Source: Sedimentisphaerales bacterium
GTDB lineage: Bacteria; Planctomycetota; Phycisphaerae; Sedimentisphaerales; SM23-30
NCBI GenBank assembly: GCA_963663965.2
Contig: CAXXFK010000010.1
Span: forward strand, 224,001 to 288,000
Length of the DNA stretch: 64,000 bases
Direction of reading: 5' to 3'
Below, piece after piece: positions 50,941-60,877 of this stretch. Under the pieces are notes generated by a model. That model was not told where the DNA came from. It ran no database searches and saw only the letters and a program-made list of their open reading frames with translations. The translations under genes and the position numbers were made by a program. The first letter of the stretch is position 1. Each line of letters begins with the position of its first letter.

Positions 50941-51031
50941 CCTCGTTCGACTCGATCAAGCCTTGGTTTGCCGACTACGGATTCTTGATCACAGGATTGT
51001 TTAATCTATTTATAAATAAGGACTTAGATTA

Positions 51032-52015
51032 ATGCACACCCGTAACTACCTGTTGATTACAATCGTATTGTCGTTAATCTTTCTCAGCGGTTGCGGCAGG
51101 CAGTCCTATCGCAAAGCAGTTGAGCACTATGTGACTGCAGTCGCTCTTAACGACAGCGAATTTGGCATTGATGCCATTCTGGAACTTCAGGAAGCCGTCA
51201 AGCTTGATTCAACTTTTACCCAGGCTCATTCCCTCATGGGGGATATCTATTCGGGACAAGGTAACTATGACCAAGCGGCCGGCGCCTACGAGAAAGCCTG
51301 TCAATTGGACCCCTGGGGTTTTAACGATCACTTCAAGCTGGGTAATGTCTATAAAATCCTGAAAAAATTTGCCAAAGCAGTTGAAGTCCTGCAACGGGCC
51401 ATCACGTTAAAACCAGATCACCCTCAAGCCAATCTATCGCTCGGTTTATGCTATTTTGAACTGGAAGACTATGATAACGCCCGCAAGTATTGTGAAAAAG
51501 CGGCAACCCTGGATCCTTCCAATATGGAAATTGCCATTGCACTGGGTGATATTCACAGTAAAACCGGCAATCATTACGAATCGATTAACTTTTACAAGCA
51601 GGCCCTTGAAGCGGATCCCAAGCGCGCCGATTTGATGATAAAACTTGGGATGGTCTATGTCGAGCAGGAACGTTTTGAACCGGCTGAACTGATTCTTAAT
51701 AAAGCGGTCGATCTGGAACCCAATAATCCCAAAACACATGCTGCTTTAGGTTATTGCTTCCTTAAAAATAAAGATCCCCAAAAAGCGCTTGAAAATTACC
51801 AGCTTGCCTACCAGGCGGACAAAACCAGTACCTTCGCCTTAAATGGTATCGGGGTATCTTATATGATGCTTTATCTTCGCAATGAAAAGGATCTCTCCCT
51901 GGCTGAAAAGGCGATCGAATACTGGCATCTTTCCCTTGAAGTGGATTCTTCCCAGAGCAATATCCGTAGTTTGCTTGAAAAATATCTGCCGGTCGTCGAA
52001 GAAAAATCTCGCTAA
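51032..52015 (+). CDS. TPR-repeat lipoprotein
   Basis: LSGC lipobox; repeated A..LG..Y...A...Y..A..LDP units. Confidence 0.9.
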   Translation: MHTRNYLLITIVLSLIFLSGCGRQSYRKAVEHYVTAVALNDSEFGIDAILELQEAVKLDSTFTQAHSLMGDIYSGQGNYDQAAGAYEKACQLDPWGFNDHFKLGNVYKILKKFAKAVEVLQRAITLKPDHPQANLSLGLCYFELEDYDNARKYCEKAATLDPSNMEIAIALGDIHSKTGNHYESINFYKQALEADPKRADLMIKLGMVYVEQERFEPAELILNKAVDLEPNNPKTHAALGYCFLKNKDPQKALENYQLAYQADKTSTFALNGIGVSYMMLYLRNEKDLSLAEKAIEYWHLSLEVDSSQSNIRSLLEKYLPVVEEKSR

Positions 52016-52024
52016 TCGATCACG

Positions 52025-54409
52025 ATGAAAACAACGCCATTTGTCAATCTGTCATTATCAACAGGGCTGTTTGGAGCTCTGTTTTTTTTCATATTTCTTT
52101 GGCCCTTGGTTCTGACTGGCGCCCAATCAAACTGGCCCAACTATGTCGGTTCTTCAAGTTGCCGAGACTGTCACGAAAGATTTTATTCACTTTGGTCCAC
52201 CTCTCATCACGGCCTGGCAATGCAGCCCTTTACACCCGCCTTTGCCCAAAATGAGCTAAGCAAACAGGTTTCACCCTTAACGATAGGCGACAGCCAATAC
52301 CAAGTGCTTCTTGGCGATCCCAATAGCTTCATTCGTCAGTCTGATTCACACGGCAGCCGCGATTATCCCATAATCCATGCCATGGGAGGTAAAAACTTCT
52401 ATTTCTTCCTCACTCCCATGGAACGGGGCCGCCTTCAGGTCCTGCCCCTGGCCTTCGATGTGCACGAAAAAAAATGGTATGATACTACTGCCAGCATGGT
52501 AAGGCATTTTGTGGATCGCTCCGACCACGCCATCGACTGGCGCGATCCAGCGCTCACATTCAATACTTCCTGTTTCTCCTGTCACGTCAGTCAGCTGGCA
52601 ACCAATTACCAGGCCCAAACTGACAGTTACCACACCACCTGGGCAGAGCCCGGCATCAATTGCGAAACCTGTCATGGCGCCGCTGAAGAACACATTCAGA
52701 TCTGTCAGGCACTCAAACCCGGGGAATCCCTCAAAGAAACGAAACTCATTACCGTTACCCAGAGCCGTGGATTCACAGCTCATCAGGTTGATTCGGCCTG
52801 CTCAACCTGTCATGCTAAAATGTCGGCGATTACCGATTCTTTCAAACCCGGTGAAGACTATTTCAATCATTTCGATCTGATCACGCTTGAAGACATCGAT
52901 TATTACCCGGATGGCCGTGATCTTGGTGAAAATTATACCTACACACTTTGGCGAATGAATCCTTGCGCGAAATCCGGGCAACTCGACTGTATGCATTGCC
53001 ATACTTCCAGCGGCCGATATCGCTTTGCCGGAGACACAACGAACAACGCCTGCCTGCCTTGCCATGCCGGGCGCGTCAATAATCCCCAACCCCATACCCA
53101 TCACGAACCCGGTAAAGAATCCCCGCATTGTGTCGATTGCCACATGCCCGCCACTATCTTTGCCAAGATGAAACGGTCCGACCATTCTTTCCGCCCCCCG
53201 ATGCCCACGGCGACAATCCGGTTTCAATCTCCCAATGCCTGTAATCTCTGTCATAAAGACCAGGATCCCCAGTGGGCCGATAAAAATGTACGTCAATGGC
53301 ACCGTAAAGATTTTCAACATGATCATCTGGAATTGTCTGCTTTGTTACTTGATGCCCGGAATGGCAAATGGAACCGCTTACCTGAAATACTGGCATATCT
53401 AACGCAAGACAACCATGATGAAATTTATTCCTCATCTTTCATTCGATTGATGCGTAATGTTCCCGGTCTTTCTAATGCAAGCCTGAAAGTTTTAACTCAA
53501 TGTCTGCAAAAGGATTCATCACCACTGGTCCGTTCCGCGGCGGCGGAAATTCTCGGTTTAAATCTGAACACCGATATAGCTACCGTTCTAGCCAATGCCT
53601 GTTCCGATCCGATCCGGCTGGTCCGGGTGCGCGCGGCGACTGCCCTGGCGAATTTGCCGAAAAATACGCTACCGGCCAGTCATCTTGATTCGGTTCGTAA
53701 AGCGATCGATGAATATCTGGCCACCATGTATCTGCGCCAAGATGACTGGACCTCCCACTACAATCTGGGAAATTATCATCTTGATGGCGGTCGTATCGAA
53801 CAGGCGGTCACTGCCTTTGAACACGCCATCAAATGCCGCCCGGACATTCTCCCTCCGCTGATCAACGCCTCGATTGCCTACAATCGGCTGGGACGTAATG
53901 ACCGTGCCGAATCGGTATTGCAGCAAGCGATCAAACTCGAGCCGGCCAATCCTGCCGCTCATCTCAACCTGGCCCTGCTTCTGGGCGAAATGGGCCAGAC
54001 TGATCAAGCCAGAACATCGTTCCGGAACACCCTTAAATACGATCCGAATTCAGCGGTTGCGGCCTACAATCTGGCCGTCCTCTCGGCAGAAAGCAGCTTG
54101 GATGAAGCGCTGAAATGGAGTAAAAAGGCCTGTGAGCTTCAACCTCGCAACGATAAATATGCCTATACGTACGCCTGGTACCTTGTCGAAATCAGAGACA
54201 ACAACCGGGCCATCGAAATCCTGCGTCCGTTGATCAAGCGTCAGACCGATTATGCTCCAGCCTATTTTATGCTCGGTCATCTTTACGAACAGGATAAACA
54301 GTTTGGCCAGGCAATCGAGGTTTATCGACAGGCTGAGTCAAACCCAAAACTTAATGACCAGGACCGGATCCAGTTCACCTGGCGGATCCAGATGCTTGAA
54401 AATCGTTGA
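52025..54409 (+). CDS. Multiheme (8 CxxCH) c-type cytochrome fused to HEAT and TPR repeats
   Basis: CRDCH, CFSCH, CETCH, CSTCH, CMHCH, CLPCH, CVDCH, CNLCH; DSSPLVRSAAA HEAT; C-terminal TPRs; signal peptide. Confidence 0.9.
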   Translation: MKTTPFVNLSLSTGLFGALFFFIFLWPLVLTGAQSNWPNYVGSSSCRDCHERFYSLWSTSHHGLAMQPFTPAFAQNELSKQVSPLTIGDSQYQVLLGDPNSFIRQSDSHGSRDYPIIHAMGGKNFYFFLTPMERGRLQVLPLAFDVHEKKWYDTTASMVRHFVDRSDHAIDWRDPALTFNTSCFSCHVSQLATNYQAQTDSYHTTWAEPGINCETCHGAAEEHIQICQALKPGESLKETKLITVTQSRGFTAHQVDSACSTCHAKMSAITDSFKPGEDYFNHFDLITLEDIDYYPDGRDLGENYTYTLWRMNPCAKSGQLDCMHCHTSSGRYRFAGDTTNNACLPCHAGRVNNPQPHTHHEPGKESPHCVDCHMPATIFAKMKRSDHSFRPPMPTATIRFQSPNACNLCHKDQDPQWADKNVRQWHRKDFQHDHLELSALLLDARNGKWNRLPEILAYLTQDNHDEIYSSSFIRLMRNVPGLSNASLKVLTQCLQKDSSPLVRSAAAEILGLNLNTDIATVLANACSDPIRLVRVRAATALANLPKNTLPASHLDSVRKAIDEYLATMYLRQDDWTSHYNLGNYHLDGGRIEQAVTAFEHAIKCRPDILPPLINASIAYNRLGRNDRAESVLQQAIKLEPANPAAHLNLALLLGEMGQTDQARTSFRNTLKYDPNSAVAAYNLAVLSAESSLDEALKWSKKACELQPRNDKYAYTYAWYLVEIRDNNRAIEILRPLIKRQTDYAPAYFMLGHLYEQDKQFGQAIEVYRQAESNPKLNDQDRIQFTWRIQMLENR

Positions 54410-54527
54410 TCATTAAGCTATCATAGATATCAGGAATGGTTACATCTCTTTTACTGTAACCAGCCAGCCATAAACGTGTTACTTTCCTGCATACGTTTAT
54501 TATTCGAACTGAACTTGGAGATTTCTT

Positions 54528-54767
54528 ATGCCAATTTATGAATATATCTGCCAAAAATGCGGCCATACCTTTGAAAAACTCGTCGGCTCCATGTCCGCGA
54601 AACCCCCTGCCTGCCCGGAATGTCAGAGTAAAACCCAGAAAAAAGTCAGCGCTTTTGCCGCGCATACCGGCGCCAATCCAACTGCTTGCGGACTATCTGA
54701 ACCATCCTGCGGTCCCGGCCAGAGTATGGGCGGATGTTGCGGCGGTTCCTGTCCGCACGCTCATTAA
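54528..54767 (+). CDS. FmdB-family zinc-ribbon protein
   Basis: MPIYEYICQKCGHTFE..CPECQS; Cys/Gly tail. Confidence 0.9.
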   Translation: MPIYEYICQKCGHTFEKLVGSMSAKPPACPECQSKTQKKVSAFAAHTGANPTACGLSEPSCGPGQSMGGCCGGSCPHAH

Positions 54768-54777
54768 GCAAACAACC

Positions 54778-56646
54778 CTATTTCTCAATTGAAATATATT
54801 TGAGAGGATTGATCTCCCGTGGGTTGACTTCAAATCCTTTTATATAGGGTTTAACCGCCACCATATTCACATAATAAAACATCGGCAGAATCGGAAACTG
54901 TTCCTGGTTCAGCATCGTTTCGGCCCGTGCCAGTATTTCCAGACGTTTGGCGGCATCCAGAGTATTTGCGGCTTCCTGCATCAATCCATCATATTCCGGA
55001 TTCGAAAAGCCGGTATTATTCTGCCCGTTGCCTGTGGTGTATAAATCCAGGAAGGTTGTAGGATCGGCATAATCGCCATACCAGCCATGCCGGGCAACCA
55101 TAAAACGCCCCTGAACCAGATCTGCATCAAAGGTCTTCAATTCTTTACCCATGATAACAACATTGACACCCAGATTCTTCTCCCACATCTCAGCCACGGC
55201 CTCAGCTATAGGCCCATGATTAGAATCATTATTCAGTAAAATTTCGATGGTAGGCAATCCATCACCATTGGGATATCCGGCCTCTTCCAATAACTGCCTG
55301 GCCCGAACTACATCCAGATCCGGCCCCGCCTCACAATGATAACCGGCAATTGTATTCGGGGGTATCAGCCGATGTGCCGGACCATTACCGGTCTTCTTCA
55401 CTTTACCAGCCAGATCACTTTTATTGATGGCCAGGGTAAATGCCTGCCTTATGAGCGGGTCCCTGAAAGGATTAGGCGTTCCATCTGCCAGTGTATCTCG
55501 ACAATTAAAATCGTAAAAGTAGGTGCCATAAGCGTTACACACATGGATATCGTCTCGCTTGCCCTCTGCCTGTAACTGCAATAAGGAAGGAGCATAATCC
55601 AGGGTATCCACATTGCGGATCCAGTCCAATTCCCCTTTTTCATAAGCCAGAAAAGCGCTTGCGGAATCCGGTATAATCCGTATCAATACCCTGTCAATAC
55701 TGACATCCTGACGTTCATGATATTCTGGATTCGATTGCAAATGCAAAAATCGTTTAAACTGCCAATCGGCCAGACGATAAGCTCCATTACTGATCAGTCC
55801 GGGATAACCGTTTCGATGCCAGTCCGGTTTGGTCCATTGGGGATCGAATGCCCACAAAGTCAGATCATGAACTACCTCATCCTGACTTTCCCGTAAAAGC
55901 TCAATCGAAACGCGATGAATCGGCATAAATGTAACAAATGCCAGCAAATCGGTAAAATAGGCAATCGGACGAACCAGCCTGACCTCTAAACGCGTCTCAC
56001 TTAATGCCCGCAGGCCAACTTGTTCAAACCGTGTTTCAATCTGATCCAGGTGGTTTTTTCTAAAACGATAAAACTCCGATTTCCAATCAACTGGCTGCGG
56101 TTCGATGCCTTGATATACCTTCTCGATTAACAACGCCCGATCTTCATCAGCCACTGGCCGCTGTCTGCTTAAATCACGCAGAGCCTTTAATAATCGGATT
56201 GCCTCATGTCGCCAGCTGCTATAGGCGCCGGCGCCGGCAATATTATCCGTAATCAAAAAGATATATTCGCCTGATGAGCCCGGCTCAATGGCCCGGCGCC
56301 AGCCATAAATAAAATCTTTCGCTGTAACGCGATCACCATTGGACCAGCGAGCGTCCGATTTAATATCGAATGTATATACCAAACCGTCAGGGCTGACTTC
56401 CGGTGGAAGCGATGCCGCTCCCTCAATAATGTGGCAATCAACCGGATCGTAGGCGGTCAAACCTTCCCATAACGACCAAACTATCCGAATATCATCACTC
56501 CAGGCGGCTTTGGCCGGATCCAAGGTCCTGGGCGAACTGAAAATTGGATAACGCAATTCCGCTTGGGGTTCTGGCGAGATTTGAATAGAATAGTAAACAA
56601 CCGCTACACAAACCAAAAAGACTGTTATGAGGGCCAGTTTTCGCAT
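54778..56646 (-). CDS. Oligopeptide ABC transporter substrate-binding protein (OppA-like)
   Basis: TLDPA, WSNGDRVTAKDF, SNGAY, GWYGDYADPTTFLD. Confidence 0.9.
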   Translation of the reverse strand: MRKLALITVFLVCVAVVYYSIQISPEPQAELRYPIFSSPRTLDPAKAAWSDDIRIVWSLWEGLTAYDPVDCHIIEGAASLPPEVSPDGLVYTFDIKSDARWSNGDRVTAKDFIYGWRRAIEPGSSGEYIFLITDNIAGAGAYSSWRHEAIRLLKALRDLSRQRPVADEDRALLIEKVYQGIEPQPVDWKSEFYRFRKNHLDQIETRFEQVGLRALSETRLEVRLVRPIAYFTDLLAFVTFMPIHRVSIELLRESQDEVVHDLTLWAFDPQWTKPDWHRNGYPGLISNGAYRLADWQFKRFLHLQSNPEYHERQDVSIDRVLIRIIPDSASAFLAYEKGELDWIRNVDTLDYAPSLLQLQAEGKRDDIHVCNAYGTYFYDFNCRDTLADGTPNPFRDPLIRQAFTLAINKSDLAGKVKKTGNGPAHRLIPPNTIAGYHCEAGPDLDVVRARQLLEEAGYPNGDGLPTIEILLNNDSNHGPIAEAVAEMWEKNLGVNVVIMGKELKTFDADLVQGRFMVARHGWYGDYADPTTFLDLYTTGNGQNNTGFSNPEYDGLMQEAANTLDAAKRLEILARAETMLNQEQFPILPMFYYVNMVAVKPYIKGFEVNPREINPLKYISIEK

Positions 56647-56670
56647 GCCAGTGGTTTGGTATCGGCGTTA

Positions 56671-57900
56671 TTAGTTGTTCACTCCTGGCAGCAACAATTT
56701 ATTGCGGATTTGCAGCCGGTTCATACCTGCGTTAATCACCTCCTGAGAGGGATCATCAATCTTCACCAGAGGGGTATTCTTGCTGATTTCATCTGGAGTG
56801 TAAATCGAATAGACTTGCTGGATATCGCCGGTCGGTCCCGTTAATGTCGATACAATGGATGGGAAGGCCGTCCAGCGGGTTTTAGATATTTCATTGGCGA
56901 CTCGAGGCCCCCGGCGGTTTCCTGTCAAAATCAGCAGATTTTTTTCGCCTTCGATCAAAATCGTCATCAAGGAGGCTTCACTTTCGAGATCCAATAGAGA
57001 AATCGTCTGATTATCATTCACCGTATAACGTGCGCCCCGATTGAACCGTTCAAAAGCCGCCGTATACAATTCTGCGGCGCTTCGCATCACCGAGGTTTCG
57101 CGCTCCTTGAAATCCTGTAAACGCCGGCTGCGGACAACTTCGAATATGGTTTGCATCAGTTCCCAGTCACATTGTTCGTTATCCACGGTCCAGTTTTGAT
57201 AGGCAGCCAGCCGCTTCTGGACACATTTCTTGAATAAATCATTCGCTTCGCCAATTTTAATGGAGTTGACGGCAAAAATTGCCATTCGGGTGAGAATCAG
57301 AGGCGAAGTTTCGTTTTCTGCTGCTTGAAGCATCCGGCCAGCCACCCGGCGTACGACCTCTTGGGCCTCTGTAGTAGTATTCCGGGTATAATTCTGAATT
57401 CTTGGTTGCAGAAACGCAGAGACTGCCCAGTATCTGATTTCAGAATTCGGACTTGCCAGCTGTTCAAGCAAATCATCCGCCAACAGCACATTATCTGATA
57501 AAGCCAGCGTAATGACGACTTGAATTTGAACGCGCGCCTTTGCCGAATCATCCGGCAATTGGGAAGTCTTATCCAGAATTTGTTTGTAACTGTCACGTAA
57601 TGCTTCACAAAACGCATCACTGTAAGCATCACGAATGGCCGTATTGATACTTATACTGTTGGTAACCAGCCCCCGGGTAATATCATCCAGGTCATTACCG
57701 GCCTCAGTTGTCAACAACAAATTCAGTTGTTCGCCTACAAAGGCGCGAATCGTATCGATATCAGCCTGTGCTATAACGGATTTTCGCCGGATGCCTTCGA
57801 TCTGGACCGGGGAAACCTGAGCTGACAAGATCGACGATGCCATGCTTATGCATAACATCGCCAGAATCAATGTTCTCATAGTGTATAGCCGTTGCCTCAT
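56671..57900 (-). CDS. Secreted hypothetical helical protein (HEAT-like segment)
   Basis: Signal peptide; LASPNSEIRYWAV. Confidence 0.75.
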   Translation of the reverse strand: MRQRLYTMRTLILAMLCISMASSILSAQVSPVQIEGIRRKSVIAQADIDTIRAFVGEQLNLLLTTEAGNDLDDITRGLVTNSISINTAIRDAYSDAFCEALRDSYKQILDKTSQLPDDSAKARVQIQVVITLALSDNVLLADDLLEQLASPNSEIRYWAVSAFLQPRIQNYTRNTTTEAQEVVRRVAGRMLQAAENETSPLILTRMAIFAVNSIKIGEANDLFKKCVQKRLAAYQNWTVDNEQCDWELMQTIFEVVRSRRLQDFKERETSVMRSAAELYTAAFERFNRGARYTVNDNQTISLLDLESEASLMTILIEGEKNLLILTGNRRGPRVANEISKTRWTAFPSIVSTLTGPTGDIQQVYSIYTPDEISKNTPLVKIDDPSQEVINAGMNRLQIRNKLLLPGVNN

Positions 57901-58041
57901 TGATGGTCTTCTCCAAAATCTGAAATTTTATATTGTATTCATGCGCCGGTCGGGTATGCTGATGGTCTTTTACCCACCGGCAATGTGGGATGGCATACCA
58001 TAAAGTAATTTATACCGACTGGGCTGTCAAGCGTTTTCTTG

Positions 58042-58070
58042 TTGACCTAAGTTTTTATTAAATATAAAAT
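58042..58070 (+). promoter_or_regulatory. sigma70-type promoter of prfB
   Basis: TTGACC-17 nt-TAAAAT, ending 8 nt before ATG 58079. Confidence 0.55.
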
Positions 58071-58078
58071 TAACCACT

Positions 58079-59207
58079 ATGATCGAACGTGAAAATCTAT
58101 CTGAATCGCTACAGAATATGGAGGCCCGGCTATTAACCATTCGGGACTCCCTTTGACTTACCCGAAAAACAACAGGAATTGAGTGCCCTGGATGCCCGAA
58201 TGGCTGAACCGGGTTTCTGGAATGATCAGGAAAAAGCTCAGGCAGTTATCAGTCAGGCCAAAATTCTTCGCTCTCAGATTGAACCGATTATCGAGGTACT
58301 CGACGAAGTCATCAGTTGTAAAGAGTTATTGGAACTGGCTGAGCTGGAAAAAGATGAACAAACCGTATTAGAAGTGATTACCCTGGCAGAAGTCCTTATC
58401 AACCGGGTAGAAAAAATCGAGCTAACCTCTTTACTTAGCGGTAAAAACGATCAAAAAGACTGCTTTTTCAGTATCCATGCCGGCGCCGGTGGCACTGAAA
58501 GTTGTGACTGGGCCAGTATGCTACTACGAATGTATACACGCTATTTTGAACGAGTTGGTTACGATTTTGAAGAAATCGATATAACCCCGGGTGAAGAAGC
58601 GGGAATACGATCTATAACTCTCAGAGTCAAAGGGCCTTACGCTTTTGGTTATCTCTCTTGTGAAGCGGGTGTTCATCGTCTGGTCCGTATCAGTCCCTTT
58701 GATGCGAACAAAAGACGCCATACCAGTTTTGTGGCGATCGACGTCCTGCCGGATTACGGCGAGACAGCCGAAGTTGAACTGAATATGGATGAAATCGAGA
58801 TGGTCCTGTACCGCCGGGCCAGCGGCGCCGGAGGTCAGAACGTAAACAAAGTTGCGTCAGCAGTCCGACTCAAACACCTCCCCACTGGAATTGTCGTTGA
58901 TTGTGTAACCGAACGAAGCCAGCATATGAACCGGGCATTGGCAATGGCCATGCTCAAAGCAAAAATTGAACGGCTTGAACAACAAAAACGCGATGAAGAA
59001 ATGAATAAAATCTACGGTGAAAAAGGGGAAATCGCCTGGGGAAATCAAATCAGAAGCTATGTCATGCAACCTTACCAGATGGTAAAAGATCACCGAACCG
59101 ACTTTCAAGTTGGTAATCCACAAACAGTACTCGATGGAGATCTGGATGAATTCATCGAGGCTTACTTAAGGCATCGTATCGCCAATAAATCTAAAAAAAA
59201 TAAATAA
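58079..59207 (+). CDS. prfB: Peptide chain release factor 2, with programmed +1 frameshift at CTT-TGA-C (58151-58157)
   Basis: 25-codon ORF MIERENL...IRDSL-stop, then +1 frame DLPEKQQEL...; HRLVRISPF (SPF), GAGGQNVN, WGNQIRSYV. Confidence 0.96.
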
Positions 59208-59421
59208 TCCCGTCTAAACTGTTAGTATTATTTGGACTATCTCCAAGTTGATAGATGTGTATCTTATTGATACCAAACACCTTAGATCGCGCCAACGGGA
59301 ATTAGCTCCCAATCCTCTTAACATTTTCCTACCGTAACTATTGACCTGAAAACTTATTTGAGGTATAGTAACATTCAACGATACAATAAGATGCATCAAT
59401 TATTAATTAGGATAGCTAACT

Positions 59422-59640
59422 ATGTCTAACTTATTTACAAAAATGGCGTTAATAATGATAATTGGTCTGGTTCTCAGTAGCGTTGGCTGTAAAAGCAGTG
59501 TCAACAATTCCAGCCAGTCCATTCGGAAATATAATCGCGTTTCGAATATTAACCGTATGTTACTGGCCAACGATATTGAAAAACTTATGCTGCTGGATCG
59601 CCCAAGTCGATTAACCCGTTGGCATGTAGTGGCGGAATAA
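59422..59640 (+). CDS. Small hypothetical lipoprotein
   Basis: SD AGGA; LVLSSVGC lipobox; C-terminal LLDRPSRLTRW. Confidence 0.7.
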   Translation: MSNLFTKMALIMIIGLVLSSVGCKSSVNNSSQSIRKYNRVSNINRMLLANDIEKLMLLDRPSRLTRWHVVAE

Positions 59641-59679
59641 TTGTTAATCACCTTATTTACAATATCTTATAATAAAATT

Positions 59680-59714
59680 AAACGGATGTTATAAATTTTA
59701 TAACATCCGTTTTT
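59680..59714. terminator. Perfect 33-bp palindrome, probable bidirectional terminator
   Basis: AAACGGATGTTATAAA-T-TTTATAACATCCGTTT followed by T runs. Confidence 0.6.
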
Positions 59715-59821
59715 GCTTTTAGTCGGTTTTAATTTTATCTTTCATGGTAGAAATGCACATGTTTTCGGATTTAGTGCATAAACTATGCTCCCTGGCCCGG
59801 AATGTGGCTGAAAGGAAAACC

Positions 59822-60457
59822 ATGAAAAGAATATATCTATTTATTTTTTATATACTTACAATCACGAGTCTGGCGTGTGCCTCACCGACTCAGACAATGA
59901 TATCATTTGCCAATCCTTCTAATAATGCCTCTGACCCTCTTATTACAGTTGATTTTACCAATAACTTAATATCAGGAGGGTGGGATGACAGTAAAACAGG
60001 ATTGGATCTGGTGGCTCATTTCCTTGGCGGCACAACTTATCATAACACCTGGTTTGTGATTTCCCCAACTGTTTATACTGATGATACATTCAATGGCCAG
60101 ACAGACTCGGGCGGTTCGATTCAGTTTTATCAGGACAATACCCCTGCTGACCAGCCATTGATGATGATTGAATACGATTATGCTACTTTATCACCGGGTG
60201 GTTTATTCGCAGATGAAGTTTTCACCCTGGGCGATATCGATGTCAGCGGTCCGATTACTGAAGGATTCAATTTTACCCAGGAATCGATCTCATTTTCACT
60301 GGCAAACCAGCATTTTATCGATGACAATCCACAAAACGGATTTACCGCCACTGCCTCTTTTGACTCATCGGCCAAGATAGTCCCAGAGCCATTGACCCTC
60401 ACGCTACTGGGCCTCGGTGGTAGCGTGTTGATACTAAAACGTAAAAGACAGGCCTGA
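59822..60457 (+). CDS. PEP-CTERM sorting domain protein
   Basis: Signal peptide MKRIYLF (SD AAGGA); C-terminal VPEPLTLTLLGLGGSVLILKRKR. Confidence 0.9.
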   Translation: MKRIYLFIFYILTITSLACASPTQTMISFANPSNNASDPLITVDFTNNLISGGWDDSKTGLDLVAHFLGGTTYHNTWFVISPTVYTDDTFNGQTDSGGSIQFYQDNTPADQPLMMIEYDYATLSPGGLFADEVFTLGDIDVSGPITEGFNFTQESISFSLANQHFIDDNPQNGFTATASFDSSAKIVPEPLTLTLLGLGGSVLILKRKRQA

Positions 60458-60487
60458 CAGTCTGTAGTATTTGGATTTAGTTGTTGT

Positions 60488-60519
60488 AACCTTGTCGCTC
60501 TACGCGCCAAGGTTTTTTT
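60488..60519 (+). terminator. Intrinsic terminator
   Basis: AACCTTGTCGC-loop-GCGCCAAGGTT plus T run after the PEP-CTERM gene. Confidence 0.6.
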
Positions 60520-60877
60520 ATTGAGGTTCATAACGAAAGTCGATTGTCAGTATAGCTTTGATGTGGTTTATCCTTCAAAAACCTATTATCATGCCGTTTC
60601 CTGGCTATTGTCAACGGCATCTTAATAACAGACATAAACCACAACAAATAATAGCTTTACAGATCAAGATATCCTATTCCAAGTCCCTGATATGAATAAC
60701 ACCACATAGGATTCCACTTTCTTCTGTTCCAAGGCATTAGAAATGAATCCGAAAATTTCCAATTTCCCAATCGGTTCAAGAAAATTTTCCCCATTCTCAC
60801 AACAAATTTGCTATAATTTTTGGATAGCTAATTGTGCAATAATTATCTTCAGGTCATCTGACCATTCCCAATTTTTC

